Assembly (NCBI GenBank): GCA_016187025.1
Contig: JACPKM010000001.1
Coordinates: 384,055 to 448,054, forward strand
Source of the DNA: Candidatus Daviesbacteria bacterium
GTDB lineage: Bacteria > Patescibacteriota > Microgenomatia > Daviesbacterales > UBA10151
DNA: 64,000 nt
Direction of reading: 5' to 3'
Numbering within the stretch: position 1 is the first letter of the stretch; every line of letters begins with the position of its first letter. Shown piece after piece: positions 1-8,428 of the stretch. The notes beneath the pieces are model-generated. The model was not told the DNA's origin. It made no database searches and was given only the letters and a program-made list of their open reading frames with translations. Made by a program: the position numbers and the translations under genes.

Positions 1-125
1 AGGCTATTTTGAGCCTAATTCTTCAAAATGATAATAGTTATTTGCAACTTATCAACTATGTTAAAAAGCTTAAATTAGAATTAACTACCGCAAAGCCTTA
101 AGTTTGTGGTAGATTCATTAGGTTA

Positions 126-1712
126 TTAGTTTGTATTTTCTCTAGGAAGAATATAGAGATTTTTTTTGCCTTCATAACCTTTTGCCTCCGTGTACTTATT
201 AAGATATTTATATAAATCTACACCTTCGCAACCCTCACAGTAATAAAAGGTTGGAGGAAAATTGATAAATGCATAATTTACCTGCTTTTGCAGTTTAGGA
301 ATACCTGACATCCAAGTGTAGTAACCAAACAGTTTAGGTAAATGATCGATGTCTGATTGCCAATAAACTAACCAAGCATCAGGAAAAACAAACAATGTAT
401 CTCCGGGCTTTTTTAAATTTTTTATACTTTCTCCGATTTTTGTATGGTTTGAAAAGAATACCTCAAAATCTTTCTTGGCATCCTTTTGGATAAAAAGATT
501 TTGTTTTGCATACGAAAAACTTAAATTTAAAGCAATCACAAAAAGTAGAATGTTTAATCCTTTGAAAAACAGTGATGAATTACTCTTAATCTGTTTTACA
601 AATGAACTACCCTGCAGCAGAGCTGCGAGGTATCGCAAGCGAAAGTTCTTGTTACCAAGTTGTAACCGCGCAGTAAGTCTTCGATCCTGAGTCCTCAGAC
701 CGAAGGACTGCTCGGTATTATGTAACAATAAAACAGATGTAATAAAAACCAAAGAAGCATACCAGGGTAAAAGATGAAAACCTCCAGCATGACCTTCTCC
801 TGGACGGATAAAGCGTAGATTAAGAAGCCCTGAAAGAATAATGATTGTAACTGTTAGAAAAAACTTTCTTTTAAAAAGAAAATATACAAGGTTTAATATC
901 AAAGTAATAGAAAGAATTCTTATTAATTTTAAATTATCATTTGGACTGCTGTCTTGAAATGAAAGTATAGGTGAGGCAAATGATTGTGTTATAGCGCTGA
1001 TCCAATACTCTTTGGTTTGGGGTACCATATTTTCTAAGTTACCAAAAAAATAATGCTGGAAGAAACCAGGTATATTTATAAAGGGAAGCACTAGTAGAAA
1101 AAATGCGAAGGCTCCAGATAATCCAAAAATAAGTGATTTTTTAGAGTTGATTAAAAAAAGAAGGGTAAGAAAAAATATTGCCGGATAAATTGGACCTAAT
1201 GTCAAAGTCAAAAAGGCAATAAGGCTTCCTGAAAAAAATAATTCAAAAGCTCTTAATGGAATTTTTCTAAAAATAGATAGTCCTATTAAAAACACCAGCG
1301 GATAGACAACAATTGTTTCTGCTAAAAAAAGATTACCATAGAAATGGATTTTAGTAAGCTCGTAAATGAAAACAAAGATTAGTCCGGCAAGCCCAAAATA
1401 GAAGACTAATATAATAGACCAAATTGCTGACCAGTTTATAATGGCTGTTCTTTGACTTTTGATTAATGCATAAGTTGTGTCTGGATTTTCCTTTTTCTGC
1501 AGCAGGCCGCTTAATATATGAGTGACAGGTTGATGGTTTGTGATAATGTCATCATATAAAATTTCTCCTTTTGCCAAATATTTTCCAATGGCAAAATTAT
1601 ATTCTTCGTCTACAAACTTAGTTGAAAAAATTACGTTTTTATATGCTTGCCCGGTTACAAAAAGAAGTATTAAAACAAAAATAAAAAGAAAATATCTTAT
1701 TTGCGGATACAT
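126..1712 (-). CDS. Polytopic membrane protein, possible GT-C-fold (ArnT/PMT-like) glycosyltransferase; carries an R-rich hydrophilic loop encoded by an anomalous GC-rich segment
   Basis: 528-aa ORF with many predicted TM helices and a C-terminal globular region. No diagnostic motif recognised with certainty. Confidence 0.5.
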   Translation of the reverse strand: MYPQIRYFLFIFVLILLFVTGQAYKNVIFSTKFVDEEYNFAIGKYLAKGEILYDDIITNHQPVTHILSGLLQKKENPDTTYALIKSQRTAIINWSAIWSIILVFYFGLAGLIFVFIYELTKIHFYGNLFLAETIVVYPLVFLIGLSIFRKIPLRAFELFFSGSLIAFLTLTLGPIYPAIFFLTLLFLINSKKSLIFGLSGAFAFFLLVLPFINIPGFFQHYFFGNLENMVPQTKEYWISAITQSFASPILSFQDSSPNDNLKLIRILSITLILNLVYFLFKRKFFLTVTIIILSGLLNLRFIRPGEGHAGGFHLLPWYASLVFITSVLLLHNTEQSFGLRTQDRRLTARLQLGNKNFRLRYLAALLQGSSFVKQIKSNSSLFFKGLNILLFVIALNLSFSYAKQNLFIQKDAKKDFEVFFSNHTKIGESIKNLKKPGDTLFVFPDAWLVYWQSDIDHLPKLFGYYTWMSGIPKLQKQVNYAFINFPPTFYYCEGCEGVDLYKYLNKYTEAKGYEGKKNLYILPRENTN

Positions 1713-3191
1713 TTATTTGCTGATTTTATAGATAATAATATTTTCCATTTTAAAAACTCCTCTATCTTTAAAATATTCCCGTCCAAATTCTTCAGTTGCC
1801 CACATTTTAAACTTATCGATATCGTAAAAAGGAGTTTCAGCAAAAATTAATAAAGTACCTGCACTTCTATAATCATATTCTGAGTTTGGGTAAAAGCCAT
1901 ATTTTCTAAAGAAAAACCGGTATTCAAATCCCGTTGGAACTTTGGCATAAGCATCAGCAACTCTAATTAAATTAAATCCCCTGTCTTTGTTTACTAATTT
2001 TTTTTCTATTGAATATTTAACAGCTTGGTCTATTTTTTCAACCAATCCATCAGAATCTTTATATAAACCAATTGGGAAATAAAAGATATTTATTAGTACA
2101 AAGATAGCAAGTACATAAAAGAAGTGGGAGTTTAAAATTATTAGTACACTTGCAAAAGAGATAAAAAACATTACCCCAAATAAATAGTGGTTTTCATAAT
2201 GGAAAAACATTAAAGGAAACAACAAACTCAAACTCAGTATTAAACAAATAAACAAAAAAACATTCTGTTTAAAAATGCCTTTGCGCTTTTCTTTTAAAGT
2301 TTTTAGCTGATAAGCGATAACCAAAAATGGTAGTACTAAAAAACCAATAAAGTTAAAGTTGGTAAATTCTTTAAACTTATCAAGCAGATAGAAGGATATA
2401 CTAATAAGTTTATTAGAATGTAGAGCAAGTTGAGGTTTGTTTGGACTATTTATATATGAGCTCAAAGAGTTGTTGATGAATGTATCCCTGGTCATTATAA
2501 AGCCATGTTTTATTTCAAAGGCAACTAAAGGTAAAAAAGTAATAAGTGCTCCAAAAAGAAAGTAGAAGAAGGTTTTCTTAACTTTTATACAATATAGAAG
2601 GTAACAAGAAATAAAAAAAGTTGGAAAGATACTTGCCGGATGAATATTTACAATTATTCCAGCCAAAACTCCCAGTAAAAAAATTGCTATCTTGCTTCTA
2701 TAACTATAGAAAAATACTAATGTGGCAAAAATCAGCAAAAATGGAAAGTAAGTATAACCATTGCTGGGATGTCTTGCGCTCAAGACAAAAAATGGTAAAA
2801 GGACAATAGTTAAGCAAGCAAGAGTTGCTTGCCAAACACCAATTTTTTTTGAAATTGTAATGTATAAAAAGCTCACAGCTATGGAAAAGAGGATTGCATG
2901 AGAATATAAAACAGCACCAATACTGTAGTTGCTTAAAAGTAAAACTGGAGCAAGTAAATAGTAAAAGTAAGGCCCTGCATAATACCCGCCAAAATTCATC
3001 TTTGGGCCAATTAGCACTAAATCTGCCTGGGTAATCCGCAAAGAATGGTACATGTCTCTGCCAAAGTCAGTAGTCAGCAAAAAGGCATTAGGTAAGTTGT
3101 AAGTATATATTATAATGATTGTGAGAAAAAATACTGTTATAACCAGATAATTTTTAAAAAAGTTGATCATTGTTATCATTTGATTATACAA
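1713..3191 (-). CDS. GT-C fold membrane glycosyltransferase (GT39/GT83, ArnT/PMT-like)
   Basis: 492 aa, polytopic. N-terminal acidic loop motif 'TTDFGRDMY' resembles the DE/DxD loop of PMT/ArnT enzymes. Paralogous to the ORFs at 30583, 50099 and 51670. Confidence 0.65.
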   Translation of the reverse strand: MYNQMITMINFFKNYLVITVFFLTIIIIYTYNLPNAFLLTTDFGRDMYHSLRITQADLVLIGPKMNFGGYYAGPYFYYLLAPVLLLSNYSIGAVLYSHAILFSIAVSFLYITISKKIGVWQATLACLTIVLLPFFVLSARHPSNGYTYFPFLLIFATLVFFYSYRSKIAIFLLGVLAGIIVNIHPASIFPTFFISCYLLYCIKVKKTFFYFLFGALITFLPLVAFEIKHGFIMTRDTFINNSLSSYINSPNKPQLALHSNKLISISFYLLDKFKEFTNFNFIGFLVLPFLVIAYQLKTLKEKRKGIFKQNVFLFICLILSLSLLFPLMFFHYENHYLFGVMFFISFASVLIILNSHFFYVLAIFVLINIFYFPIGLYKDSDGLVEKIDQAVKYSIEKKLVNKDRGFNLIRVADAYAKVPTGFEYRFFFRKYGFYPNSEYDYRSAGTLLIFAETPFYDIDKFKMWATEEFGREYFKDRGVFKMENIIIYKISK

Positions 3192-3258
3192 AGTAATTTA
3201 TTTTAATGATAAGAGATATTTTTCATGTAAAAATATTTCGAATAGGAGGTGAAAAGTT

Positions 3259-3447
3259 ATGTGTTACAACTGTGGTTGTGGAATGCCAGATGATGATATG
3301 GGTAAAGGAAATGCGGGACTAGACCCAAAGGGTAAATCAATTACCAACAAAACCTTTGAAGAAGCGGCAAAGTCCCAAGGAATGAGTGTTGAGGATGCAA
3401 AAAAAGAAGCGCTTAAATTACTAAAAAAGGATCTAGGCGAGAGCTGA
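3259..3447 (+). CDS. Small hypothetical protein with Cys-rich N-terminus (MCYNCGCG...)
   Basis: 62-aa ORF preceded by a strong SD (AGGAGGTG) about 8 nt upstream of ATG. Lys/Glu-rich C-terminal half. Confidence 0.5.
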   Translation: MCYNCGCGMPDDDMGKGNAGLDPKGKSITNKTFEEAAKSQGMSVEDAKKEALKLLKKDLGES

Positions 3448-3491
3448 TAATACTTGATTTTAATAACTTAGTAGAGATACTATTGATTTAG

Positions 3492-3824
3492 ATGAGGATT
3501 TTAATTCATTGGCTAATAAGCGGATTGGCAGTTTTATCAGCAGCTTATATCCTGCCTGGGGTTCATGTTTCCGGAATATTTGCAGCCTTGATTGTGGCAC
3601 TGGTTCTGGGAATTATTAATGCGTCTTTAAAACCTGTAATTTTGCTCTTAACTCTTCCCATTAACTTGCTTACCTTAGGATTGTTTACTTTAGTTATTAA
3701 TGGCTTATTAATTCTGCTTGCTGCTTCGATTGTTCCAGGTTTTAGGGTAGATGGATTTTTGTGGGCATTTTTATTTAGTATAGTTTTGTCTATCATCAAC
3801 TATTTCCTGTTTAAGCTTCTTTAA
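3492..3824 (+). CDS. Phage-holin-family (superfamily IV, DUF360-like) 4-TMS small membrane protein
   Basis: 110 aa, four hydrophobic segments. Sequence pattern (GIINASLKPVILLLTLPINLLTLGLF...) is typical of the YvlD/DUF360 holin-like family. Recalled from memory, not searched. Confidence 0.65.
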   Translation: MRILIHWLISGLAVLSAAYILPGVHVSGIFAALIVALVLGIINASLKPVILLLTLPINLLTLGLFTLVINGLLILLAASIVPGFRVDGFLWAFLFSIVLSIINYFLFKLL

Positions 3825-3833
3825 ATCCACAAA

Positions 3834-3860
3834 AAATCCCGCACAAAGCGGGATTTCTTG
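3834..3860. terminator. Putative rho-independent terminator (possibly bidirectional)
   Basis: Stem aaatcccgc / gcgggattt with a 5-nt loop, flanked by an A-run upstream and a T-rich tail (tttcttg) downstream. Lies immediately after the stop codon at 3824. Confidence 0.5.
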
Positions 3861-3980
3861 AAAACCTACTAAAAAATAGGCATATATATTAATACAAGCT
3901 TTATTATATTTAGTCAACTGGATCGTAGTGGATCAAGTTAAACAATTTACAATTTATCATCTACACTTTAAAATAAGTTT

Positions 3981-4481
3981 ATGGTGTATTTGGCAACTGA
4001 TCATGCCGGGTTTGAGTTAAAAGAGAAAGTAAAGGAATTTCTACAAAAAGAGGGTTACGAGGTAGAGGATTGTGGAGCGTTTGAGTTTGATAAAAACGAC
4101 GATTATCCGGATTTTATTTCTGTTGCTGCCAAAAAAGTTTCTCAGGATCCCCAAGGTGTGGCTATTATTTTTGGAAATTCCGGGCAGGGTGAGGCGATGG
4201 TGGCCAATAAGTATAAAAACGTCAGAGCTGCTTTGTTTTATGGCCCAGTATTACCAGTAAAGGCAGTGGATGCTTCAGGTAGAGAAAGTGCAGATCCTTT
4301 TGAGATGGTGAGGCTTACTCGTGAACATAATCATGCAAACGTACTCTCTCTTGGAGCAAGCTTTTTAACCGAGCAACAAGCCTTTGATGTTATAAAGAAG
4401 TGGTTAAACACTAAATCTAGCGGTGAAGAGCGTCATGTAAGAAGAGTAAATAAAATTAAGCAGATCGAGGAAAATTTATAG
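3981..4481 (+). CDS. rpiB: Ribose-5-phosphate isomerase B
   Basis: RpiB/LacAB family signature (MVYLATDHAGFELK..., GNSGQGEAMVANK). 166 aa. Confidence 0.9.
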   Translation: MVYLATDHAGFELKEKVKEFLQKEGYEVEDCGAFEFDKNDDYPDFISVAAKKVSQDPQGVAIIFGNSGQGEAMVANKYKNVRAALFYGPVLPVKAVDASGRESADPFEMVRLTREHNHANVLSLGASFLTEQQAFDVIKKWLNTKSSGEERHVRRVNKIKQIEENL

Positions 4482-5126
4482 ATGGTTCAGATTATTCCTG
4501 CGGTTCTGGCAACAACAGAAGAAGCCTTCGGGCAGGATTTAGATAAAATTCAATCATCTGATGCTTTAAAAGACGGTTGGGTACATATTGACTTTGCAGA
4601 CAATAAATTTGTTCCAAATCAAACAATTACCCCATCACAGCTAGCAAATCAATCAATTCAGTTAAAAAAAGAGGCACACTTGATGGTAGATAATCCTCTT
4701 GAATGGATAGATGAGCTTGCAAGAGCAGGTTTTGCAAGGATCATTTTTCATCTTGAGGCAAAGGATGATACACTGGAATGTATTAAGGCAATTGAGGTAA
4801 AGGGTTTACAGACAGGCATTGCAATCAATCACCAAACACCGCTCTCTGAAATAGAGCAGTATATAGGTAAGATTGAAGGTGTACTGATGATGGCGATTGA
4901 ACCAGGTTTTCAGGGAAAGCCATTTATACCTGAATCCTTAGAGAAAATCAGGCAATTTAAAGCAAGGGGTTGGCAGGTTAGCTTGGCTGTAGACGGGGCG
5001 GTCAGAGATGAAAACGCCAAACAACTGGTTGAGGCAGGAGTAGACCGTTTGATAGTAGGTTCATTTTTACTGAAAGGAAATTTAGATGAAAATCTGGAAA
5101 GACTTTGGGAAGCTGTTAAAAGCTGA
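4482..5126 (+). CDS. rpe: Ribulose-phosphate 3-epimerase
   Basis: Motifs HIDFADNKFVPN, HLMVDNP and C-terminal DGAV in positions typical of Rpe. Start codon abuts the rpiB stop. Confidence 0.8.
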   Translation: MVQIIPAVLATTEEAFGQDLDKIQSSDALKDGWVHIDFADNKFVPNQTITPSQLANQSIQLKKEAHLMVDNPLEWIDELARAGFARIIFHLEAKDDTLECIKAIEVKGLQTGIAINHQTPLSEIEQYIGKIEGVLMMAIEPGFQGKPFIPESLEKIRQFKARGWQVSLAVDGAVRDENAKQLVEAGVDRLIVGSFLLKGNLDENLERLWEAVKS

Positions 5127-5766
5127 AAAAGAAGATATTAAAAAAGCTAAAAGCATTGAATCTGTAGCCATATTTGGTTATGCAGATTCAATAGAGAGTG
5201 ATTCTTTATACAAAAGCGTTGTGGCAGTGGCTCGCAAGCTTGCAGAAGCAGGTTATACAGTAGTTGATGGTGGAGGCCCAGGAGTCATGAAAGCAGCTAC
5301 GGTAGGTGCAAAGCTGGGTGGAGGCCATGTTGTTGGAGTAACCCTTTATCCAAAAGATATGGATAATTTTGAAGGTAGGGATAAAACTAATCTCTTCGAC
5401 GAAGAGATAAAAACCGACAATTACGTAGAAAGGACCTTAAGTTTGATGAAAGAGGGTCAGGTTTATGTAGTGTTTAAAGGAGGGACAGGAACTATTTCAG
5501 AGTTTGGAATGGCATGGGGCCTGGCCCGACTTTATTTTGGCCATCATAAGCCTTTAATACTGTATGGTAAGTTTTGGAAAAATATAATTGAGGCTTTTAA
5601 GGAAAATATGTTTTTGCGCCCTGAAGATTTAAAGGTATATAAAGTTGTTGATTCACCAACTGGGGTTTTGAAAGCGATAAATGAATTCGAGGAAGAAATC
5701 AAAAGAGGAGAGCACAAAAATTTAGTAGCTTCAAAAAATAAGGACCTTCTGCGCAGTTCAGTATGA
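5086..5766 (+). CDS. LOG-family protein (TIGR00730 Rossmann-fold nucleotide-binding / cytokinin riboside 5'-monophosphate phosphoribohydrolase-like)
   Basis: GGGPGVM motif and overall LOG/Rossmann pattern. Overlaps the rpe 3' end in another frame. Confidence 0.75.
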   Translation: MKIWKDFGKLLKAEKEDIKKAKSIESVAIFGYADSIESDSLYKSVVAVARKLAEAGYTVVDGGGPGVMKAATVGAKLGGGHVVGVTLYPKDMDNFEGRDKTNLFDEEIKTDNYVERTLSLMKEGQVYVVFKGGTGTISEFGMAWGLARLYFGHHKPLILYGKFWKNIIEAFKENMFLRPEDLKVYKVVDSPTGVLKAINEFEEEIKRGEHKNLVASKNKDLLRSSV

Positions 5767-5824
5767 CAAATTATACTTTGTGCTTGCAGAATCTTGCCTT
5801 TTTAGCTACGCTAAAAACGTAACT

Positions 5825-6709
5825 ATGTTAACTGCCCAGCAAGTCAAAGATTTAGAGCTTAAAGCAAATACTATCCGCCAAGATATCATAAAAATGCTAG
5901 TTGAAGCTGGATCCGGTCATTCTGCCGGGCCTTTGGGTATGGCGGATATTTTTACAGCTTTGTATTTTAATATCTTAAACCACGATCCAAAAAATCCCAA
6001 CTGGGACCAAAGAGACAGGTTAGTTTTATCAAATGGTCATATCTGTCCGGTTTTATATGCTAGTATGGCGCATGCCGGTTATTTTCCTGTATCAGAGTTA
6101 AAAAGTTTGAGAAAACTAGGATCTCGTTTACAAGGACATCCTCACAGACGATCACTTCCAGGTTTAGAAACAACCTCAGGTCCCTTAGGCTCGGGTTTGT
6201 CTCAGGCTTCAGGAATGGCAATGGCGGGATTGATGGAAAGAGTCAAATGGTGGGTTTATTGTTTAACCTCTGATGGTGAGCACCAGGAGGGTAATACCTG
6301 GGAAGCAGTGATGTTTGCTGGAAAGTATAAGTTACATAATCTAACAGTAATTATTGACAGAAATAATATCCAAATCGACGGATTTACCGAAGAAGTTATG
6401 CCCCTGGAGCCTTTAAAGGAAAAGTACGAAGCTTTTGGCTGGTATGTTTTAGAAATCGATGGACATAACTTTAACCAAATAGTGGATGCTTGCAATCAAG
6501 CAAAGACAATTTTTAATAAGCCGGTAGTCATCATTGCCCATACTATTGCCGGCAAAGGAGTGGATTTTATGGAAAATGACTTTAAATGGCATGGAGCGCC
6601 TCCGGGAATTTCTAATATGGCGGGTGAACCACCAAAAGAGGATCAGGTAAAAATCGCCTTAAAAGAGCTAAGAACTTTACAAGGAAAGATTCGGTCAGAA
6701 CATGAATGA
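5825..6709 (+). CDS. Transketolase, N-terminal (TPP-binding) subunit of a split transketolase
   Basis: GHSAGPLGMADIF... pattern of the Tkt N-terminus. The ORF in the track extends to a GTG at 5780; the ATG at 5825 (MLTAQQV...) is the more likely start. Confidence 0.9.
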   Translation: MLTAQQVKDLELKANTIRQDIIKMLVEAGSGHSAGPLGMADIFTALYFNILNHDPKNPNWDQRDRLVLSNGHICPVLYASMAHAGYFPVSELKSLRKLGSRLQGHPHRRSLPGLETTSGPLGSGLSQASGMAMAGLMERVKWWVYCLTSDGEHQEGNTWEAVMFAGKYKLHNLTVIIDRNNIQIDGFTEEVMPLEPLKEKYEAFGWYVLEIDGHNFNQIVDACNQAKTIFNKPVVIIAHTIAGKGVDFMENDFKWHGAPPGISNMAGEPPKEDQVKIALKELRTLQGKIRSEHE

Positions 6710-7709
6710 TTTATTTTTAAATCCTAAATTATTTGATGAAGATATTGAGCAAGTTCCCTCCAGAAATGGGTTTGGAGAAGGGCTGGTGATTGCTGGGGAA
6801 GAAAATAAAAATATAGTGGCACTGTGTGCAGATTTAACAGAAAGCACTAGGATAGAGGAGTTTAAGAAAAAGTTTCCTGACAGGTATATAGAAGTAGGTG
6901 TGGCAGAACAAAACTTAGTAACAGTAGCCTCTGGTATGGCAGCAGTTGGCAAAATTCCATTTACAACATCTTATGCTACCTTTTCCCCAGGAAGAAATTG
7001 GGAACAGATCAGAACAACCATCTGTTACAACGACCAACCAGTAAAAATTATCGGCTCCCATGCTGGAATTTCTGTAGGTCCGGATGGTGCAACTCATCAG
7101 GCATTGGAAGATTTAGCTTTAATGAGGGTGTTGCCAAATATGGTAGTTATTTCTCCTGCTGATTCAATTGAGGCCAAAAAAGCAACCCTTGCTATAGCCA
7201 AGCTCAACAAACCCTGTTATTTAAGATTATCCAGAGACAAAGTCCCTGTTATTACCACAGATCAAACTTCATTTGAGATTGGCAAAGCTGAGGTTTTTTA
7301 TGAGGGAAATCCTTCGGCAAGTTCAGGACGCTGTGCGGATGTAGTAGTTATAGCCACAGGGCAGATGGTTTATAGAGCCTTACTTGCAGCCAAAGAGCTT
7401 GAATCGCATAATATTTCTGTCCGGGTAATAAATTGTCACACCGTCAAACCTCTTGATAAAAAAACTATTTTGAAAGCTGCAGAAGAAACAGGAGCAATAG
7501 TTACAGTTGAAGAGCATCAAGTAAGTGGGGGACTGGGTGGAGCTGTATCAGAGCTTGTCTCTCAGTTTTACCCAGTTCCAATAAAAATTTTAGGTATAGA
7601 AGATCATTTTGGAGAATCTGGAAAACCAGATGAACTGTTAAATAAGTTTGGTTTAACAAAGGAAAATATTATAAAAGCTGTAATTCAGGTTCTTCGTATG
7701 AAAAACTAG
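6702..7709 (+). CDS. Transketolase, C-terminal (pyrimidine-binding plus C-terminal domain) subunit
   Basis: Typical Tkt C-half motifs (GEDGATHQ-like 'GPDGATHQALEDLA'). Adjacent to the N-subunit. Confidence 0.9.
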   Translation: MNDLFLNPKLFDEDIEQVPSRNGFGEGLVIAGEENKNIVALCADLTESTRIEEFKKKFPDRYIEVGVAEQNLVTVASGMAAVGKIPFTTSYATFSPGRNWEQIRTTICYNDQPVKIIGSHAGISVGPDGATHQALEDLALMRVLPNMVVISPADSIEAKKATLAIAKLNKPCYLRLSRDKVPVITTDQTSFEIGKAEVFYEGNPSASSGRCADVVVIATGQMVYRALLAAKELESHNISVRVINCHTVKPLDKKTILKAAEETGAIVTVEEHQVSGGLGGAVSELVSQFYPVPIKILGIEDHFGESGKPDELLNKFGLTKENIIKAVIQVLRMKN

Positions 7710-7722
7710 GATATTCCAAAAT

Positions 7723-7751
7723 TTGACATTAATTTTTCATTGTATTATTAT
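7723..7751 (+). promoter_or_regulatory. Putative sigma70-type promoter of the cop operon (TTGACA, 17 bp spacer, TATTAT)
   Basis: -35 TTGACA at 7723-7728, 17-bp spacer, -10 TATTAT at 7746-7751. The -10 overlaps the CsoR operator. Confidence 0.45.
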
Positions 7752-7770
7752 ATCCCCTATAGGGGGATAT
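7750..7770. promoter_or_regulatory. Candidate CsoR operator (GC-rich pseudo-palindrome ATATCCCC-TATA-GGGGGATAT)
   Basis: Near-perfect inverted repeat of the CCC-N-GGG type immediately upstream of csoR. Overlaps the -10 and predicted +1. Resembles characterised CsoR operators (recalled from memory). Confidence 0.6.
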
Positions 7771-7793
7771 CCTTCAATAGACTCAGGACAAGT

Positions 7794-8069
7794 ATGGCTT
7801 TTAAACCAAAAAATACTCACGAACGAATTTTACATAGATTAAAGATTGCCCAAGGCCATTTAGCCAAGGTTATTCAAATGGCGCAGTCCGGTCATTATTG
7901 TATTGATATATTGCATCAATCAAATGCTGTACAGAAAGCTTTAAAAGAAGCGGATTTGGTAATTTTAAAAAACCATCTGGAAACTTGTGCCTCAGATGCT
8001 ATTAAAAAGGGCAAAAATAAAGAAGCCATCTCAGAAATCATGAATGTTTTAGAAAGGAGTAACTTGTGA
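7794..8069 (+). CDS. csoR: Copper-sensing transcriptional repressor CsoR (CsoR/RcnR family)
   Basis: Conserved Cys/His pattern (HYCIDILHQ, C...H...C). About 90 aa from the ATG at 7794; the track ORF starts upstream at TTG 7740 and would include the operator. Confidence 0.85.
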   Translation: MAFKPKNTHERILHRLKIAQGHLAKVIQMAQSGHYCIDILHQSNAVQKALKEADLVILKNHLETCASDAIKKGKNKEAISEIMNVLERSNL

Positions 8070-8428
8070 GTTTGGATAAAATATTGGTAATTGCCTTAGG
8101 AAGCTTTGGAATAGTTTTTACTTACTGGTTTTTCCTTCTAAGAAAAGAAAAAAAGGAAGTGGCTGTTAAAAATGAGGTAGATATAGCTGTTGAAGGCGGT
8201 TACAATCCGCAAGTTATCTCAATTCCCAAAGGAAAAACTACAAAAATAAATTTTTTCAGAAAAGATTCCTCAACTTGTCTAGAAGAAGTTGTTTTATCTG
8301 ATTTTAAAATCAGAAAATATCTGCCCCTTGGCAAAAAAGTGACTGTTGAGCTAAACCCTCAAAAAGAGGGGGAGTATCCATTTGAGTGCGGAATGAATAT
8401 GTTTCACGGAAAGGTGATAGTGAGATGA
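8066..8428 (+). CDS. Membrane-anchored cupredoxin-like copper-binding protein
   Basis: N-terminal TM helix. C-terminal motif '[12 protein letters not shown]' (Cys/Met/His ligands) is typical of small cupredoxin-fold copper proteins. GTG start with AGGAG RBS; stop overlaps the copA start (ATGA). Confidence 0.6.
   Translation: MSLDKILVIALGSFGIVFTYWFFLLRKEKKEVAVKNEVDIAVEGGYNPQVISIPKGKTTKINFFRKDSSTCLEEVVLSDFKIRKYLPLGKKVTVELNPQKEGEYPFECGMNMFHGKVIVR

Noticed and set aside
611-716. GC-rich segment as an SRP RNA or tRNA-like gene
   Set aside because: Some resemblance to the SRP domain IV 'CCGGAAGGAAGCAG', but the required helices and GNRA loop do not form. No T-arm or acceptor pairing for a tRNA. 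Kept only as an unexplained compositional anomaly.
3492-3824. Prophage, because of the holin-family gene
   Set aside because: No neighbouring phage structural, lysis or integrase genes. DUF360/holin-IV-like proteins are common in non-phage contexts.
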